This document shows positions 16,970-26,321 of a DNA stretch of 64,000 bases, piece by piece. Every line of letters starts with the position of its first letter. The stretch's first letter is position 1. A program made the position numbers and the translations under genes. The notes below the pieces were generated by a model. It did not search any database and was not told the origin of the DNA. It worked only from the letters and a program-made list of their open reading frames with translations. Source of the stretch: Actinomycetota bacterium (GTDB lineage Bacteria; Actinomycetota; Geothermincolia; Geothermincolales; RBG-13-55-18); NCBI GenBank assembly GCA_014360685.1, contig JACIXB010000011.1, positions 195,261 to 259,260 of the forward strand. Direction: 5' to 3'.

Positions 16970-17662
16970 CTACAGGCGACCGTAGTTGCGGAGATAGTCC
17001 TCTATGTACCTCCTTACCTCGGAGGCGGGCCGGATGACCCCGAAATGCCCCTCGCAGAGGATGTCCGCCTCGAGTTCCAGGAGGCGGCGCATGGAGGCCG
17101 CCCAGGCATCGAGGTCGGAGCCGAAGGAGGCGTAGAAGGGGCCGTGGATGTCCTGCCCGAAGAGGACCGTGTACAAGCCGTTGTTCAGGTAAAGGGAGAT
17201 GGACCCTGGGGTGTGCCCGGGGGTATGCAGCCACCGGAGGGGAGAGGCCCCTCCGGAGAACTCCCCCTCCTCGCCGCGCAGGACCCCCCCGATCTGCAGG
17301 GGCTTGAGTTCCACACCGTACCATTGGGCGGCGGTGCGCCTCCCGTCCCCCTCCAGCAGGGGCCGGGCGTCGAGCTCGTGGACCGCCGTTTTCACGCCGT
17401 ATTTTTCCAGGAAATGGTAGGCACCTCCCGCGTGGTCGATGTGGCAGTGGGTGAGCACCACCATGCCCAGGTCCCTGGGGGAGTAGCCGAGCTCCTCCAG
17501 GTTGCGGGCCAGGGCGGGCGCGGAACGTCCCGTCCCGGCATCCACCAGGATGGGCCGGCCCAAGTCCACCAGGTATACGCAGCAGTCGTCCGGGGAGGTC
17601 ATTTCGGGCCCCCCGACCATGTAAACGCCCTCGGTGATCTTGTAGGGTCTCATGCGGCTCAT
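16970..17662 (-). CDS. Metallo-beta-lactamase-fold hydrolase
   Basis: 'VVLTHCHIDHAGG' (HxHxDH) and a downstream 'HTPGHTPG'. Start at 17662 or 17653 preferred over ORF-track 17686. Confidence 0.8.
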   Translation of the reverse strand: MSRMRPYKITEGVYMVGGPEMTSPDDCCVYLVDLGRPILVDAGTGRSAPALARNLEELGYSPRDLGMVVLTHCHIDHAGGAYHFLEKYGVKTAVHELDARPLLEGDGRRTAAQWYGVELKPLQIGGVLRGEEGEFSGGASPLRWLHTPGHTPGSISLYLNNGLYTVLFGQDIHGPFYASFGSDLDAWAASMRRLLELEADILCEGHFGVIRPASEVRRYIEDYLRNYGRL

Positions 17663-17822
17663 CCCTCCTCGCCGTGATCGTGGCACTCCCGGGGGGACCC
17701 GATGCCCACGGTCCGCATCCCCCTTCTTTCTTGGCGTGGCCCGGCCGTCCTCCCATTCCCCTGCGGAAAGAGGTCCTCATTTCTTTTTTACCACGCTGGG
17801 AGGGCCGAGGATAAGGACGTGA

Positions 17823-17891
17823 GAGGGCACGGGAAGCCCTTCCCGCCGCGCCCTGCCGGCCGGAGGCGGATACCCGGGGGTCTCCGGGAGT
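17823..17891. repeat. Copy 1 of a perfect 69-bp direct repeat
   Basis: GAGGGCACGGGAAGCCCTTCCCGCCGCGCCCTGCCGGCCGGAGGCGGATACCCGGGGGTCTCCGGGAGT is identical to 17959-18027. It contains three short hairpin-capable segments. Confidence 0.9.
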
Positions 17892-17958
17892 GATATACCG
17901 CGGTATGTGTCGTGGGGGTGGTCAGGCGGAACAAGCGGGGGCCGTTTACCCGGGCCTG

Positions 17959-18027
17959 GAGGGCACGGGAAGCCCTTCCCGCCGCGCCCTGCCGGCCGGA
18001 GGCGGATACCCGGGGGTCTCCGGGAGT
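17959..18027. repeat. Copy 2 of the perfect 69-bp direct repeat
   Basis: Identical to 17823-17891, offset 136 bp. Followed by a 2 x 14-bp tandem repeat (AAAATGGATGTGGA) at 18031-18058. Confidence 0.9.
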
Positions 18028-18162
18028 AATAAAATGGATGTGGAAAAATGGATGTGGAGACGGGGATGCAACGCCGGGCTGCCTGGTGGCTGCGCCGGCC
18101 CGGGACGCTCCGTGGACGCCCGGCTTCCGGCGGTGGCGCCGAGGGGAAAGGAGGTTTGGCGG

Positions 18163-19020
18163 ATGCGCCTGGGCTGCCATATCCAGATAAGCGGTGGCCT
18201 GCGCAAGGCGGTGGAAAGGGCCGTGGAACGGGGATGCGAGACCATGCAGGTCTTCGTGTCCAATCCGCGGGGATGGAAGCAATCCTCTATTCTGCCGGCG
18301 GACATAGACGCCTTCCGGGATGGTTGCCGGGAGGCGGGAATCGAGCCGGTATTCGTTCATACCATCTATCTCATCAACCTGGCGGCCCCGGAGGGAGAGG
18401 TGAGGGAGAAGTCCATCGACGCCCTGGTCATGAACATGGAGGCGGCGGCCAGGCTGGGGTCCTCTGCCGTGGTTACCCACCTGGGAAGCCATGGCGGTGA
18501 GGGGGAGGAAGTGGGCGTCAGGCGGGTCGTGGAGGCGGTGGGAGAAGCGCTGCGCCGCGGGCCCGGGGGCATTCCCCTCCTACTGGAGACCACGGCGGGG
18601 TCGGGGAACAGCGTGGGGCATCTTTTCGAGCAATTGGGGGAGATAATAAGAGCCTTTCCGGGAGAGGAGAGGTTGGGGGTCTGCCTGGACACCTGCCACG
18701 TATTCGCCGCCGGTTACGAGGTCCGCACCCGCGAGGGGCTGGAGGAGACCCTCCGGGAGCTCGACCGGGAAGTGGGCCTGGAGCGTTTACGGCTGGTGCA
18801 CGCCAACGACAGCAAGGGGGACCTGGGTTCACGCGTGGACAGGCACGAGCACATCGGCGAAGGACGGATCGGCATGGAAGCATTTTCCATAATGGCCCGG
18901 CACCCGGTTTTACGAGAACTCCCCTGGATACTGGAGACTCCGGAGATGACCGTGGAGCGGGACCGGGAGAACTTGAGGCGGCTGCGTGAGGCGGCGAGGA
19001 GAAGGACCCGTCGAGGGTAG
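18163..19020 (+). CDS. nfo: Endonuclease IV (AP endonuclease, deoxyribonuclease IV)
   Basis: 'GCHIQISGG', 'VTHLGS', 'LLLETTAG', 'VCLDTCH', 'HANDSK...DRHEHIGEG'. ATG at 18163 follows GGAAAGGAGG. Confidence 0.9.
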   Translation: MRLGCHIQISGGLRKAVERAVERGCETMQVFVSNPRGWKQSSILPADIDAFRDGCREAGIEPVFVHTIYLINLAAPEGEVREKSIDALVMNMEAAARLGSSAVVTHLGSHGGEGEEVGVRRVVEAVGEALRRGPGGIPLLLETTAGSGNSVGHLFEQLGEIIRAFPGEERLGVCLDTCHVFAAGYEVRTREGLEETLRELDREVGLERLRLVHANDSKGDLGSRVDRHEHIGEGRIGMEAFSIMARHPVLRELPWILETPEMTVERDRENLRRLREAARRRTRRG

Positions 19021-19317
19021 GCGCTTTTTCGGCGCGGGCTTTCGCGGGAGCCCTTTCCGGGCGGCGACGGGTAAGGTCGTAACGGTAAGCCGGCACGGGA
19101 TGTTTTGCAGCGGCGCTCCGGAAAAAAGGGTGCAGCCTCCCTTACCTGCGGGGAGCAGCTGGTGCGTTTTTATGCCGGGCGGGGTGGGCGGAGCTCCCCG
19201 TGGATTCCCTCCGTGACGGGCCCATGCACCGAGAGAATAGGTGCTATTATTCTCGGGGGAGATCAAGGCCCCCGCCTTGGGAAGCGAAATATAATAGAGG
19301 AGAAAGGACCAGGAAAC

Positions 19318-19737
19318 ATGGCCGTGGTTCACAAGCGCCTGCAGTTCGAGACCGAGGGCAACGCGCAGATCGTGGAGATAACCGGGGAAGTCTCCGCCCT
19401 GCTCCGCGAAACGGGCCTGCGCAGCGGGATCCTGAACGTTTTCGTCCCCGGGGCGACGGGCGCGGTGACCACCTTGGAACACGAACCGGGGGTGTGCAGG
19501 GATTTCCAGGAACTGTTCGATTTCCTGGCCCCCGTGAATCGCGATTATCATCACAACCGCAGGGGTGTGGACGCCAACGGGCACTCCCACGTCCGGGCGG
19601 GGCTGCTGGGCCCGTCGGTGACCGTGCCCTTCGAGGAGGGGAGACCCCTCCTCGGGAGATGGCAACAACTGGTATTCGTGGACTTCGACGAGGTCCCCCG
19701 TTCGCGAACCCTGGTGGTGACCTTCGTCGGGGAGTGA
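19318..19737 (+). CDS. yjbQ: YjbQ/UPF0047-family protein (secondary thiamine-phosphate synthase family)
   Basis: 'ITGEV...GILNVFVPGATGAVTT.EHEPG...DYHHN...NGHSHVRAGLLGPS...G.WQQLVFVDFD' is the family signature. Confidence 0.85.
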   Translation: MAVVHKRLQFETEGNAQIVEITGEVSALLRETGLRSGILNVFVPGATGAVTTLEHEPGVCRDFQELFDFLAPVNRDYHHNRRGVDANGHSHVRAGLLGPSVTVPFEEGRPLLGRWQQLVFVDFDEVPRSRTLVVTFVGE

Positions 19738-19766
19738 GCGGAAGCTCGAGGGCGGGTGTTTTCCGA

Positions 19767-21014
19767 ATGCACGCTTTCCGTTACTTTGACGGCATCCTTC
19801 ACGGCGAGGAGGCCCCCCTTACCCGCGTGGCCGAGGCGGTGGGTACCCCGGTCTACGTGTACAGCCGGCGTACGCTGCGCGACCATTACCGGCGCCTGGA
19901 CCAGGCCTTCGCCGAGGTTCCCCACCTCATCTGTTACTCGGTGAAAGCCAATTCCAACCTGGGGGTGCTTTCCGTCCTGGCCGGGGAGGGGGCGGGTGCG
20001 GATATCGTCTCCGGGGGAGAACTCTACCGGGCCCTCAAGGCGGGCATTCCGCCGCGGAAGATAGTCTTCGCCGGGATAGGCAAGACTGTGGAGGAGATGG
20101 CCTACGCCCTCCGCTCCGGGATCCTCATGTTCAACGTGGAATCGGAGGACGAACTGCTCCTCCTGGACCGGGTGGCGGGGGAGATGGGAAGGAAGGCGGA
20201 CATCGCCCTGCGGGTCAACCCCGACGTGGACCCGGGCACCCACCCCTACATCGCCACCGGGATGAAGGAGGCCAAGTTCGGAATAGACATGGAGGAGGCC
20301 CTGGCGGTCTACGAACGCGCGGCCTCGCTGGAGAACGTTCGCGTGGTGGGGGTCCACCAGCACATCGGTTCCCAGATAACCGAGGTCGGGCCCTTCCGGG
20401 ACAGCCTGGAGAGGACCGGGGAGCTGGTGGGTTCCCTGCGGGGACGGGGCCTGGATATCAGGTACATAAATATCGGAGGAGGATTCGGCATTCCTTACGA
20501 CGAGGAAGAAGTCCCTTACCCCGTGGATTACGCCCGGGCACTGGCTCCTTTGCTCAAGGAGCGGGGGTGCACGGTGATCCTGGAGACGGGGCGCTTGATC
20601 GTGGGAAACGCGGGCGTCCTGCTCACCAGGGTCCTTTACCGTAAAAAAAGCGGCAATAAAAGGTTCTTGGTAGTCGACGCGGCCATGAACGACCTCATCC
20701 GCCCCAGCCTTTACGGCTCCTTCCACCGCATCCTTCCCGTGGTGGAGAACGACCGGGAGGAAGAGACGGTGGACGTGGTGGGGCCGGTCTGCGAGTCGGG
20801 GGATTTCCTGGCCCGGGACCGCTCCATGCCCAGGGCGGAGCCGGGGGAGCTCCTGGCGGTTATGAGCGCCGGCGCGTACGGCTTCGTCATGTCCTCCAAC
20901 TACAATTCGCGCCGGCGGGCGGCGGAGGTGATGGTGGACGGAGGGGATTTCCTGGTGGTACGCGAAAGGGAATCCCTTGACGACCTGGTGCGGGGCGAAA
21001 GGGTGGTGCCCTGA
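19767..21014 (+). CDS. lysA: Diaminopimelate decarboxylase
   Basis: 'TPVYVYS', PLP-Lys 'CYSVKANSN', 'HQHIGSQ', 'INIGGGFGIPY', 'VGPVCESGD', 'SAGAYG'. Confidence 0.92.
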   Translation: MHAFRYFDGILHGEEAPLTRVAEAVGTPVYVYSRRTLRDHYRRLDQAFAEVPHLICYSVKANSNLGVLSVLAGEGAGADIVSGGELYRALKAGIPPRKIVFAGIGKTVEEMAYALRSGILMFNVESEDELLLLDRVAGEMGRKADIALRVNPDVDPGTHPYIATGMKEAKFGIDMEEALAVYERAASLENVRVVGVHQHIGSQITEVGPFRDSLERTGELVGSLRGRGLDIRYINIGGGFGIPYDEEEVPYPVDYARALAPLLKERGCTVILETGRLIVGNAGVLLTRVLYRKKSGNKRFLVVDAAMNDLIRPSLYGSFHRILPVVENDREEETVDVVGPVCESGDFLARDRSMPRAEPGELLAVMSAGAYGFVMSSNYNSRRRAAEVMVDGGDFLVVRERESLDDLVRGERVVP

Positions 21015-21058
21015 GGGTTCTCCCGCCGGAGGTACGGCGGTACGGTCGAAAGGGGGCG

Positions 21059-21922
21059 ATGCTCATCGCGGCCAGGGAAGCTGACGTGGGCGTGGTGAAC
21101 ACCGGGAAGCGGGGAAATCCGCCGGATGCCCCCTATTTCGCCCTGGAGATGGAGCCCGGGGATTCCGGCGGGCCGGTGTTCGCAGCCGCGGTTTGTTCCG
21201 AGGGAGAGACCCCCGAGGAACTGGAGATCCGGCGTTATGCAATGGGCCTCCTGCACGAGTTCTTCCGCCGGCGGGAGGAGGTGGTGAGATCCACGGACTA
21301 CCGGGTTGTCCTGCGCAACTCCCTGCGCCACATCCACCGCCACATCGTGGAACGCCACGGCGAAAGCGGTCTCGGGTTGGACTTCCTTTTGGTGCTGGCC
21401 GATGCGCAGCGGATTTACGCCGCCCGCTGCGGGGAGAACGCCCTTTTCGTGCACAGCGGGGAGGAGACCGCCGCCCTTTTCGGCGGGTGGGAGGGAGAGG
21501 GCGGGCTTCTGGGCGACGCGGCGGGGGAGAGGATAGAGTTGGGCGAGGCGCCGGTGCACCCGGGTGACGTGGTGGTTCTGTGCAACCCCCCGGTGGCCCG
21601 GGTCATGGGGGCGCGGGACGTGGGAGTCATCCTCAGGAGGGCCCGCGATTCCCGCAAGGCCGCACTCTTCCTCTCCGCCATCGCCGAGAGGAAGGGTGCC
21701 CGGGGCACGATGGTGGCCCTGGTCTGGGAGATGCCCAATTACCGGGGCGCGGCCATGCTCGCCGAGGAGGAGGCACAGGGGGAAGAAGCCGCGGCTTCCG
21801 GAGTTCCCTCGGAAGAAAAGGGTGAAGCGGAGGAGGAAAAAGAAGCTTTCGGGGAAGAAGAACCCGCCGACAAGGCCAGGAGGCAATGGCTTAGCAAGTG
21901 GCGCCGGCGCAAGGAGGAATAA
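21059..21922 (+). CDS. Hypothetical protein with a degenerate PP2C-like core and an acidic/lysine-rich tail
   Basis: Loose PP2C-like order ('FLLVLADAQRIYAARCGENALFV', 'GDVVVLCN', 'GTMVALVWE') but no clear DGxGG metal motif. The tail is Glu/Lys rich. Confidence 0.4.
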   Translation: MLIAAREADVGVVNTGKRGNPPDAPYFALEMEPGDSGGPVFAAAVCSEGETPEELEIRRYAMGLLHEFFRRREEVVRSTDYRVVLRNSLRHIHRHIVERHGESGLGLDFLLVLADAQRIYAARCGENALFVHSGEETAALFGGWEGEGGLLGDAAGERIELGEAPVHPGDVVVLCNPPVARVMGARDVGVILRRARDSRKAALFLSAIAERKGARGTMVALVWEMPNYRGAAMLAEEEAQGEEAAASGVPSEEKGEAEEEKEAFGEEEPADKARRQWLSKWRRRKEE

Positions 21923-21937
21923 TCCGACCTTTCCCGG

Positions 21938-23236
21938 TTATTTTCTCTTCTCCCACTTTTCCAGGTAGGCCACCTGGGAAAGTGTGGAACCGGCCTCGAT
22001 CTCGCCGCGTAGGCGGTTCTCTTTCTCCAGGACGTCCATGGCCCGGTTGGCCATCTCCACCACCTTGTCGCGCGGTATAACCACCACCCCGTCGTCGTCC
22101 CCCACCAGCCAATCGCCCGGGAAGATCCTCCTCCCCCCCACGGTCACCGGCACGTTTATCTCCCCGAAGCCTTTGGGCTCACCGGCTGTGGGGGTGATTA
22201 AGCGGGAGAAGGAAGGGAAGTGGAGCCGCCTTATCTCCACCGTGTCCCGGATGGCCCCGTCGATGACCACCCCGGCCAGTTTTCTCTGGATGGCGCTGTG
22301 GGTGGCCAACTCCCCCCACAGGGCCGGCCCCACCCCGCCGGCGTCGATGACGATGACGTCCCCCTCCTCGGCCACGTCGATGGCCTCCACCGGCTTGGCC
22401 CAATCGCCGGGGTAGGCCCTCACGGTCACCGCCGGGCCGGCCATCTTCATCCCCGGGCTGATGGGCAGGATGCCCTCCAGTTCCCCGGAGCGGTGCATGG
22501 CGTCGGATAGGTTGGGGGTGGATACCTTGAGGAGGACCTCCCGCACGTTCTCCAGGCTGACGCGCTTGTACAGGTCGGTCTTCACCGCTTGGCCGGTGAG
22601 CATGGCCCGCTTGATCTCCTCCGCGGCGCGCCTGGCGTCCTTACTCTTGATGATGGCCCCGCCCACGATGACGATGTCCGCCCCGCTCTCTACCGCCTGC
22701 GCCGCCGTCTCCGAGTTTATGCCCCCGGCGACGGCCACCGGGATGCTCACCGAGTTGGCCACCAGCCGCAGGCGCTCGAAGGGGTCCAAGCCCCGCATCT
22801 GCATGTCGATGGCCGTGTGCACGGCGATGTAGTGGGCGCCCGCCGCCTCCGCCGCCCGCGCCCGGTCCACGGGGTCTCCCACCTCGATGAGGTCGACCAC
22901 TATCTCCGCCCCGTAGTTGTTGGCCGCCTCCACGCACTCCTTCACCGTGGCGTCCGAGGCGGCCCCCAGGACGTCGATGATGTTGGCGCCGGCCTTGGCC
23001 GCGGCCTCCACCTCCGCCCTCCCGGCGTCCATGGTCTTCATGTCCGCCACGATGACGTGGTGGGGGAATCGCTCCCGGAGGGCCCGGACGGCGTTCAGCC
23101 CCTCGCTCTTGATGAGGGGGGTGCCGGCCTCTATCCAGTCGGCGCCGCCGGCGACGGCCTCCTCGGCGACCTTGATGGCCCTCTCCAGGTCCACGAAGTC
23201 CAGGGCCACCTGCAGGATGGGTCCTTTTATCCTCAT
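21938..23236 (-). CDS. Fusion protein: 3-hexulose-6-phosphate synthase (OMPDC-family) N-domain plus RraA/HMG-aldolase-like C-domain
   Basis: N-domain: 'LQVALDF', 'IEAGTPLIK', 'VADMKTMDAG', 'VAGGI'. C-domain: 'GDVIVIDAGG...ALWGELATHSAIQRKLAGVVIDGAIRD' (RraA-family core). Confidence 0.8.
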   Translation of the reverse strand: MRIKGPILQVALDFVDLERAIKVAEEAVAGGADWIEAGTPLIKSEGLNAVRALRERFPHHVIVADMKTMDAGRAEVEAAAKAGANIIDVLGAASDATVKECVEAANNYGAEIVVDLIEVGDPVDRARAAEAAGAHYIAVHTAIDMQMRGLDPFERLRLVANSVSIPVAVAGGINSETAAQAVESGADIVIVGGAIIKSKDARRAAEEIKRAMLTGQAVKTDLYKRVSLENVREVLLKVSTPNLSDAMHRSGELEGILPISPGMKMAGPAVTVRAYPGDWAKPVEAIDVAEEGDVIVIDAGGVGPALWGELATHSAIQRKLAGVVIDGAIRDTVEIRRLHFPSFSRLITPTAGEPKGFGEINVPVTVGGRRIFPGDWLVGDDDGVVVIPRDKVVEMANRAMDVLEKENRLRGEIEAGSTLSQVAYLEKWEKRK

Positions 23237-23566
23237 GGCAGATTGATTATAGTACGGCGCCCCTTGCCGTGCTACCCGCGTGCCCGGGCGTTGCGGCTCC
23301 GCGGGAGGCGGTCACCCTACCCGGTGCCGGGGGTGGTTCGGGGCGAAGGAGGCCGGGAATTGATTTGGTAATATATACCATGAAGGGAAGGAGGGGCTCG
23401 AGGGGATTTCCGCGGGACCCGTATCCGCCCGGGTCCGGGGCGGGTAGTTTCCGGCCTCCATAGGCGCCGTTTTCGGCGTCGCGGGATGCACGGCTCCCTT
23501 CCCGGCTGTTAAAATACCCTTACTTAACGGTTTTTCTCGATGAAGACGAGAGGCGGCGAAAGGAAG

Positions 23567-24868
23567 ATGTCGGAAGGCAAAAGGGCCGTGGTAGTGGGCC
23601 AGATAGGCTGCGGGACGGTCGGTTCCGGGGTGGTCCGCATCCTGCGGGACAACGCCTCCCTGATATCCCGGAGGGTGGGGAGGGAGATAACCGTGAAGCG
23701 CATCGCGGTTAGGGACCTGTCCGACCCCCGCTACGTGGAGGTGCCCGAGAGCCTGCTCACCACGGAGGCCATGGAGGTGATAGGCGACCCTGAGGTGGAC
23801 ATCGTGGTGGAGGTGATGGGGGGCATCGAGCCGGCCCGCACCTTCATCCTGGAGGCCATATCCCGAGGAAAGCACGTGGTGTGCGCCAACAAGGAGCTCA
23901 TGAGCACCCACGGGGAGGAACTCCTGCGCGCCGCGGAGGAAAAGGGCGTGGACCTGGCCTATGAGGCGGCGGTGGGGGGAGGCATCCCCATCCTCATGCC
24001 TCTCAAGCAGTGCCTGGCCGGTAACGTGATCAACCAGGTCCTGGGGATAGTCAACGGCACCACCAACTACATCCTAACCCGCATGAGCGAGGAGGGCCTG
24101 GACTTCGCCGAGGCCCTGGCCAGGGCCCAGGAGCTCGGCTACGCCGAGGCCGACCCCACCTACGACGTGGAGGGAAAGGACGCCGCGGCCAAGCTGGCCA
24201 TCCTGGCCTCCATGGCCTTCAACTCCCGGGTCACCCTATCCGACGTCTACGCTGAGGGCATCACTTCCATCACCCCCGACGACATCTCCTTCGCCCACGA
24301 GCTGGGCTACGTCATCAAGTTGCTGGCCATCGCCAAGGACGAACCCGACGGGATAAGCGTGCGCGTGCACCCCACCATGATCCCCGAACGCCACCCCCTG
24401 GCCTCGGTGCGGGACGAGAACAACGCCATCTTCGTGTCCGGAGACGCCGTGGGGGAGCTCATGTTCTACGGAAAGGGAGCGGGGTCCCTCCCCGCGGCCA
24501 GCGCGGTGGTGGGGGACGTGATCGCCATCGCCCGCAACATCGTCACCGGGGGCAGGCTGGTGGGTTGCACCTGCTTCTTCCGAAAACCCTTGAAGGACAT
24601 GAAGGACGTGCGCTGCCGTTATTTCATGATCTTCGACGTGCCCGACCGGCCCGGGGTGCTGGCCAGGATCGCCGGGGTCTTCGGGGACAACCAGGTGAGC
24701 ATTAAGTCGGTGATCCAGCACGGGACGGGCCGGGAGGCGCGCATCGTCCTGGTGACCCACGAGGTCAGGGAGGAGAACATACGGGCCACGGTGAGGGGGC
24801 TGGAGGGCCTGGAGGAGGTCAACCGCGTGGTCAGCCTCATCCGCGTGGAGGATCCCGGGGAGGGATGA
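23567..24868 (+). CDS. hom: Homoserine dehydrogenase with C-terminal ACT domain
   Basis: 'VVVGQIGCGTVGSGV', 'VVCANKE', 'YEAAVGGGIPI', 'GIVNGTTNYIL', 'DVEGKDAAAKL'; ACT-like 'RYFMIFDVPDRPGVLA'. Confidence 0.92.
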   Translation: MSEGKRAVVVGQIGCGTVGSGVVRILRDNASLISRRVGREITVKRIAVRDLSDPRYVEVPESLLTTEAMEVIGDPEVDIVVEVMGGIEPARTFILEAISRGKHVVCANKELMSTHGEELLRAAEEKGVDLAYEAAVGGGIPILMPLKQCLAGNVINQVLGIVNGTTNYILTRMSEEGLDFAEALARAQELGYAEADPTYDVEGKDAAAKLAILASMAFNSRVTLSDVYAEGITSITPDDISFAHELGYVIKLLAIAKDEPDGISVRVHPTMIPERHPLASVRDENNAIFVSGDAVGELMFYGKGAGSLPAASAVVGDVIAIARNIVTGGRLVGCTCFFRKPLKDMKDVRCRYFMIFDVPDRPGVLARIAGVFGDNQVSIKSVIQHGTGREARIVLVTHEVREENIRATVRGLEGLEEVNRVVSLIRVEDPGEG

Positions 24869-25137
24869 GAGATCCCGGCGGGGGGTCGAAGGCCGGCTTT
24901 TTCCGGAATACCCGGTGATTTTCGACGGTCGTGTTTAAGGTGGTATGCATGTGAGCGGCCCATCCACCAGGTCTGGCGGGAACCGGGAAACGGGGATGAC
25001 CGGGGCCGGGCACGATCGAGGGCCAGGGGGCGGGACGCCGGCGGAGGCGACGGAGGCGGGACCTGGGCCGGATCGGCGGAACTCGCCCCCGCGTGCGGCT
25101 TGGTCGGCCTGCAGCGGGAATCCGGGAAATTAGAGTC

Positions 25138-26223
25138 ATGAGAAACCAGCCAGGGAGGTCGTGGAGCTTGAACAAGGAATGGCGCGGCGTGATAGAGGCC
25201 TACAGGGAATTCTTACCGGTTACGGACAAGACCCCCGTGGTGACCCTGCTGGAGGGAAACACCCCGCTCGTGGAAGCGGGATATATCGGCCGCCAGCTGG
25301 GAATACGGGTCTTCCTGAAGTACGAGGGGTTGAACCCCACCGGTTCCTTCAAGGACCGGGGGATGACCGTGGCTGTGTCCAAGGCCCTGGAGGAGGGAGC
25401 CCGCACGGTAATCTGCGCCTCCACCGGCAACACCAGCGCCTCGGCGGCGGCCTATGCGGCGCGGGCGGGGATAACCTGCGCGGTGATCATCCCCAGGCAG
25501 GCCATCGCCCTGGGGAAGTTGGCCCAGGCTCTCATCCACGGGGCCAAGGTCATCGCCCTGGACGGGAACTTCGACCAGGCCCTGCAGATGGTGCGCCTCA
25601 TCGCCCGGGATTACCCCGTGGTGCTGGTCAACTCCATCAACCCTCACCGCATAGAGGGGCAGAAGACCGGCGCCTTCGAGATATGCGACGCCCTGGGGCG
25701 GGCGCCTGATTACCATTTCATACCTGTGGGGAACGCGGGCAACATAACCGCCTACTGGAAGGGCTACCGCGAATACCGAGAGGCGGGGAGGGTGGATAGC
25801 CTTCCCCGCATGATGGGTTGGCAGGCGGAGGGGGCGGCGCCCATCGTGCGCGGTCACGTGGTGGAGAAGCCGGAGACCATCGCCACCGCCATCCGCATCG
25901 GCAACCCGGCCAGCTGGAAACAGGCGGTGGCCGCGGCGGAGGAATCGGGCGGGCGCATAGACATGGTCTCCGACGCGGAGATACTGGAGGCCTACAGGCT
26001 GCTGGCCGAACGGGAGGGCATCTTCGTGGAGCCGGCCTCTGCCGCCTCGGTGGCCGGGCTGTACAAGTCCTTCCGGCGCGGCGACCTGGAACCCGGTTCC
26101 CTGGCGGTTTGCGTCCTGACCGGGCACGGGTTGAAGGACCCCGACCTGGCCATGAGGACCGTGGAGGAGCCGGAGCCGGTCCCCGCCGACCTGGAAGAGG
26201 TGCTGGAAAGGCTGGGGCTCTGA
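25138..26223 (+). CDS. thrC: Threonine synthase
   Basis: '[14 protein letters not shown]', PLP-Lys '[12 protein letters not shown]', '[13 protein letters not shown]', 'VPVGNAGN'. Confidence 0.92.
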   Translation: MRNQPGRSWSLNKEWRGVIEAYREFLPVTDKTPVVTLLEGNTPLVEAGYIGRQLGIRVFLKYEGLNPTGSFKDRGMTVAVSKALEEGARTVICASTGNTSASAAAYAARAGITCAVIIPRQAIALGKLAQALIHGAKVIALDGNFDQALQMVRLIARDYPVVLVNSINPHRIEGQKTGAFEICDALGRAPDYHFIPVGNAGNITAYWKGYREYREAGRVDSLPRMMGWQAEGAAPIVRGHVVEKPETIATAIRIGNPASWKQAVAAAEESGGRIDMVSDAEILEAYRLLAEREGIFVEPASAASVAGLYKSFRRGDLEPGSLAVCVLTGHGLKDPDLAMRTVEEPEPVPADLEEVLERLGL

Positions 26224-26321
26224 AGCCGCCGAGTGAAGAACGTGCGCAACGATAACGGCTTCCCGGTCCCGGTGTCAGGATCCCGCGGGGTCGGGAGGGG
26301 CGTGATCGGCGGGAGGTGGAG

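Noticed and set aside
19150-19317. Possible TPP riboswitch upstream of the yjbQ-family gene
   Set aside because: A 'GGGGUGGGCGGAGCU' start and a GAGAATA/TATTCTC inverted repeat caught my eye. The diagnostic CUGAGA and ACCUGAUCUGGAUAAUGCCAGCG-type elements are absent.
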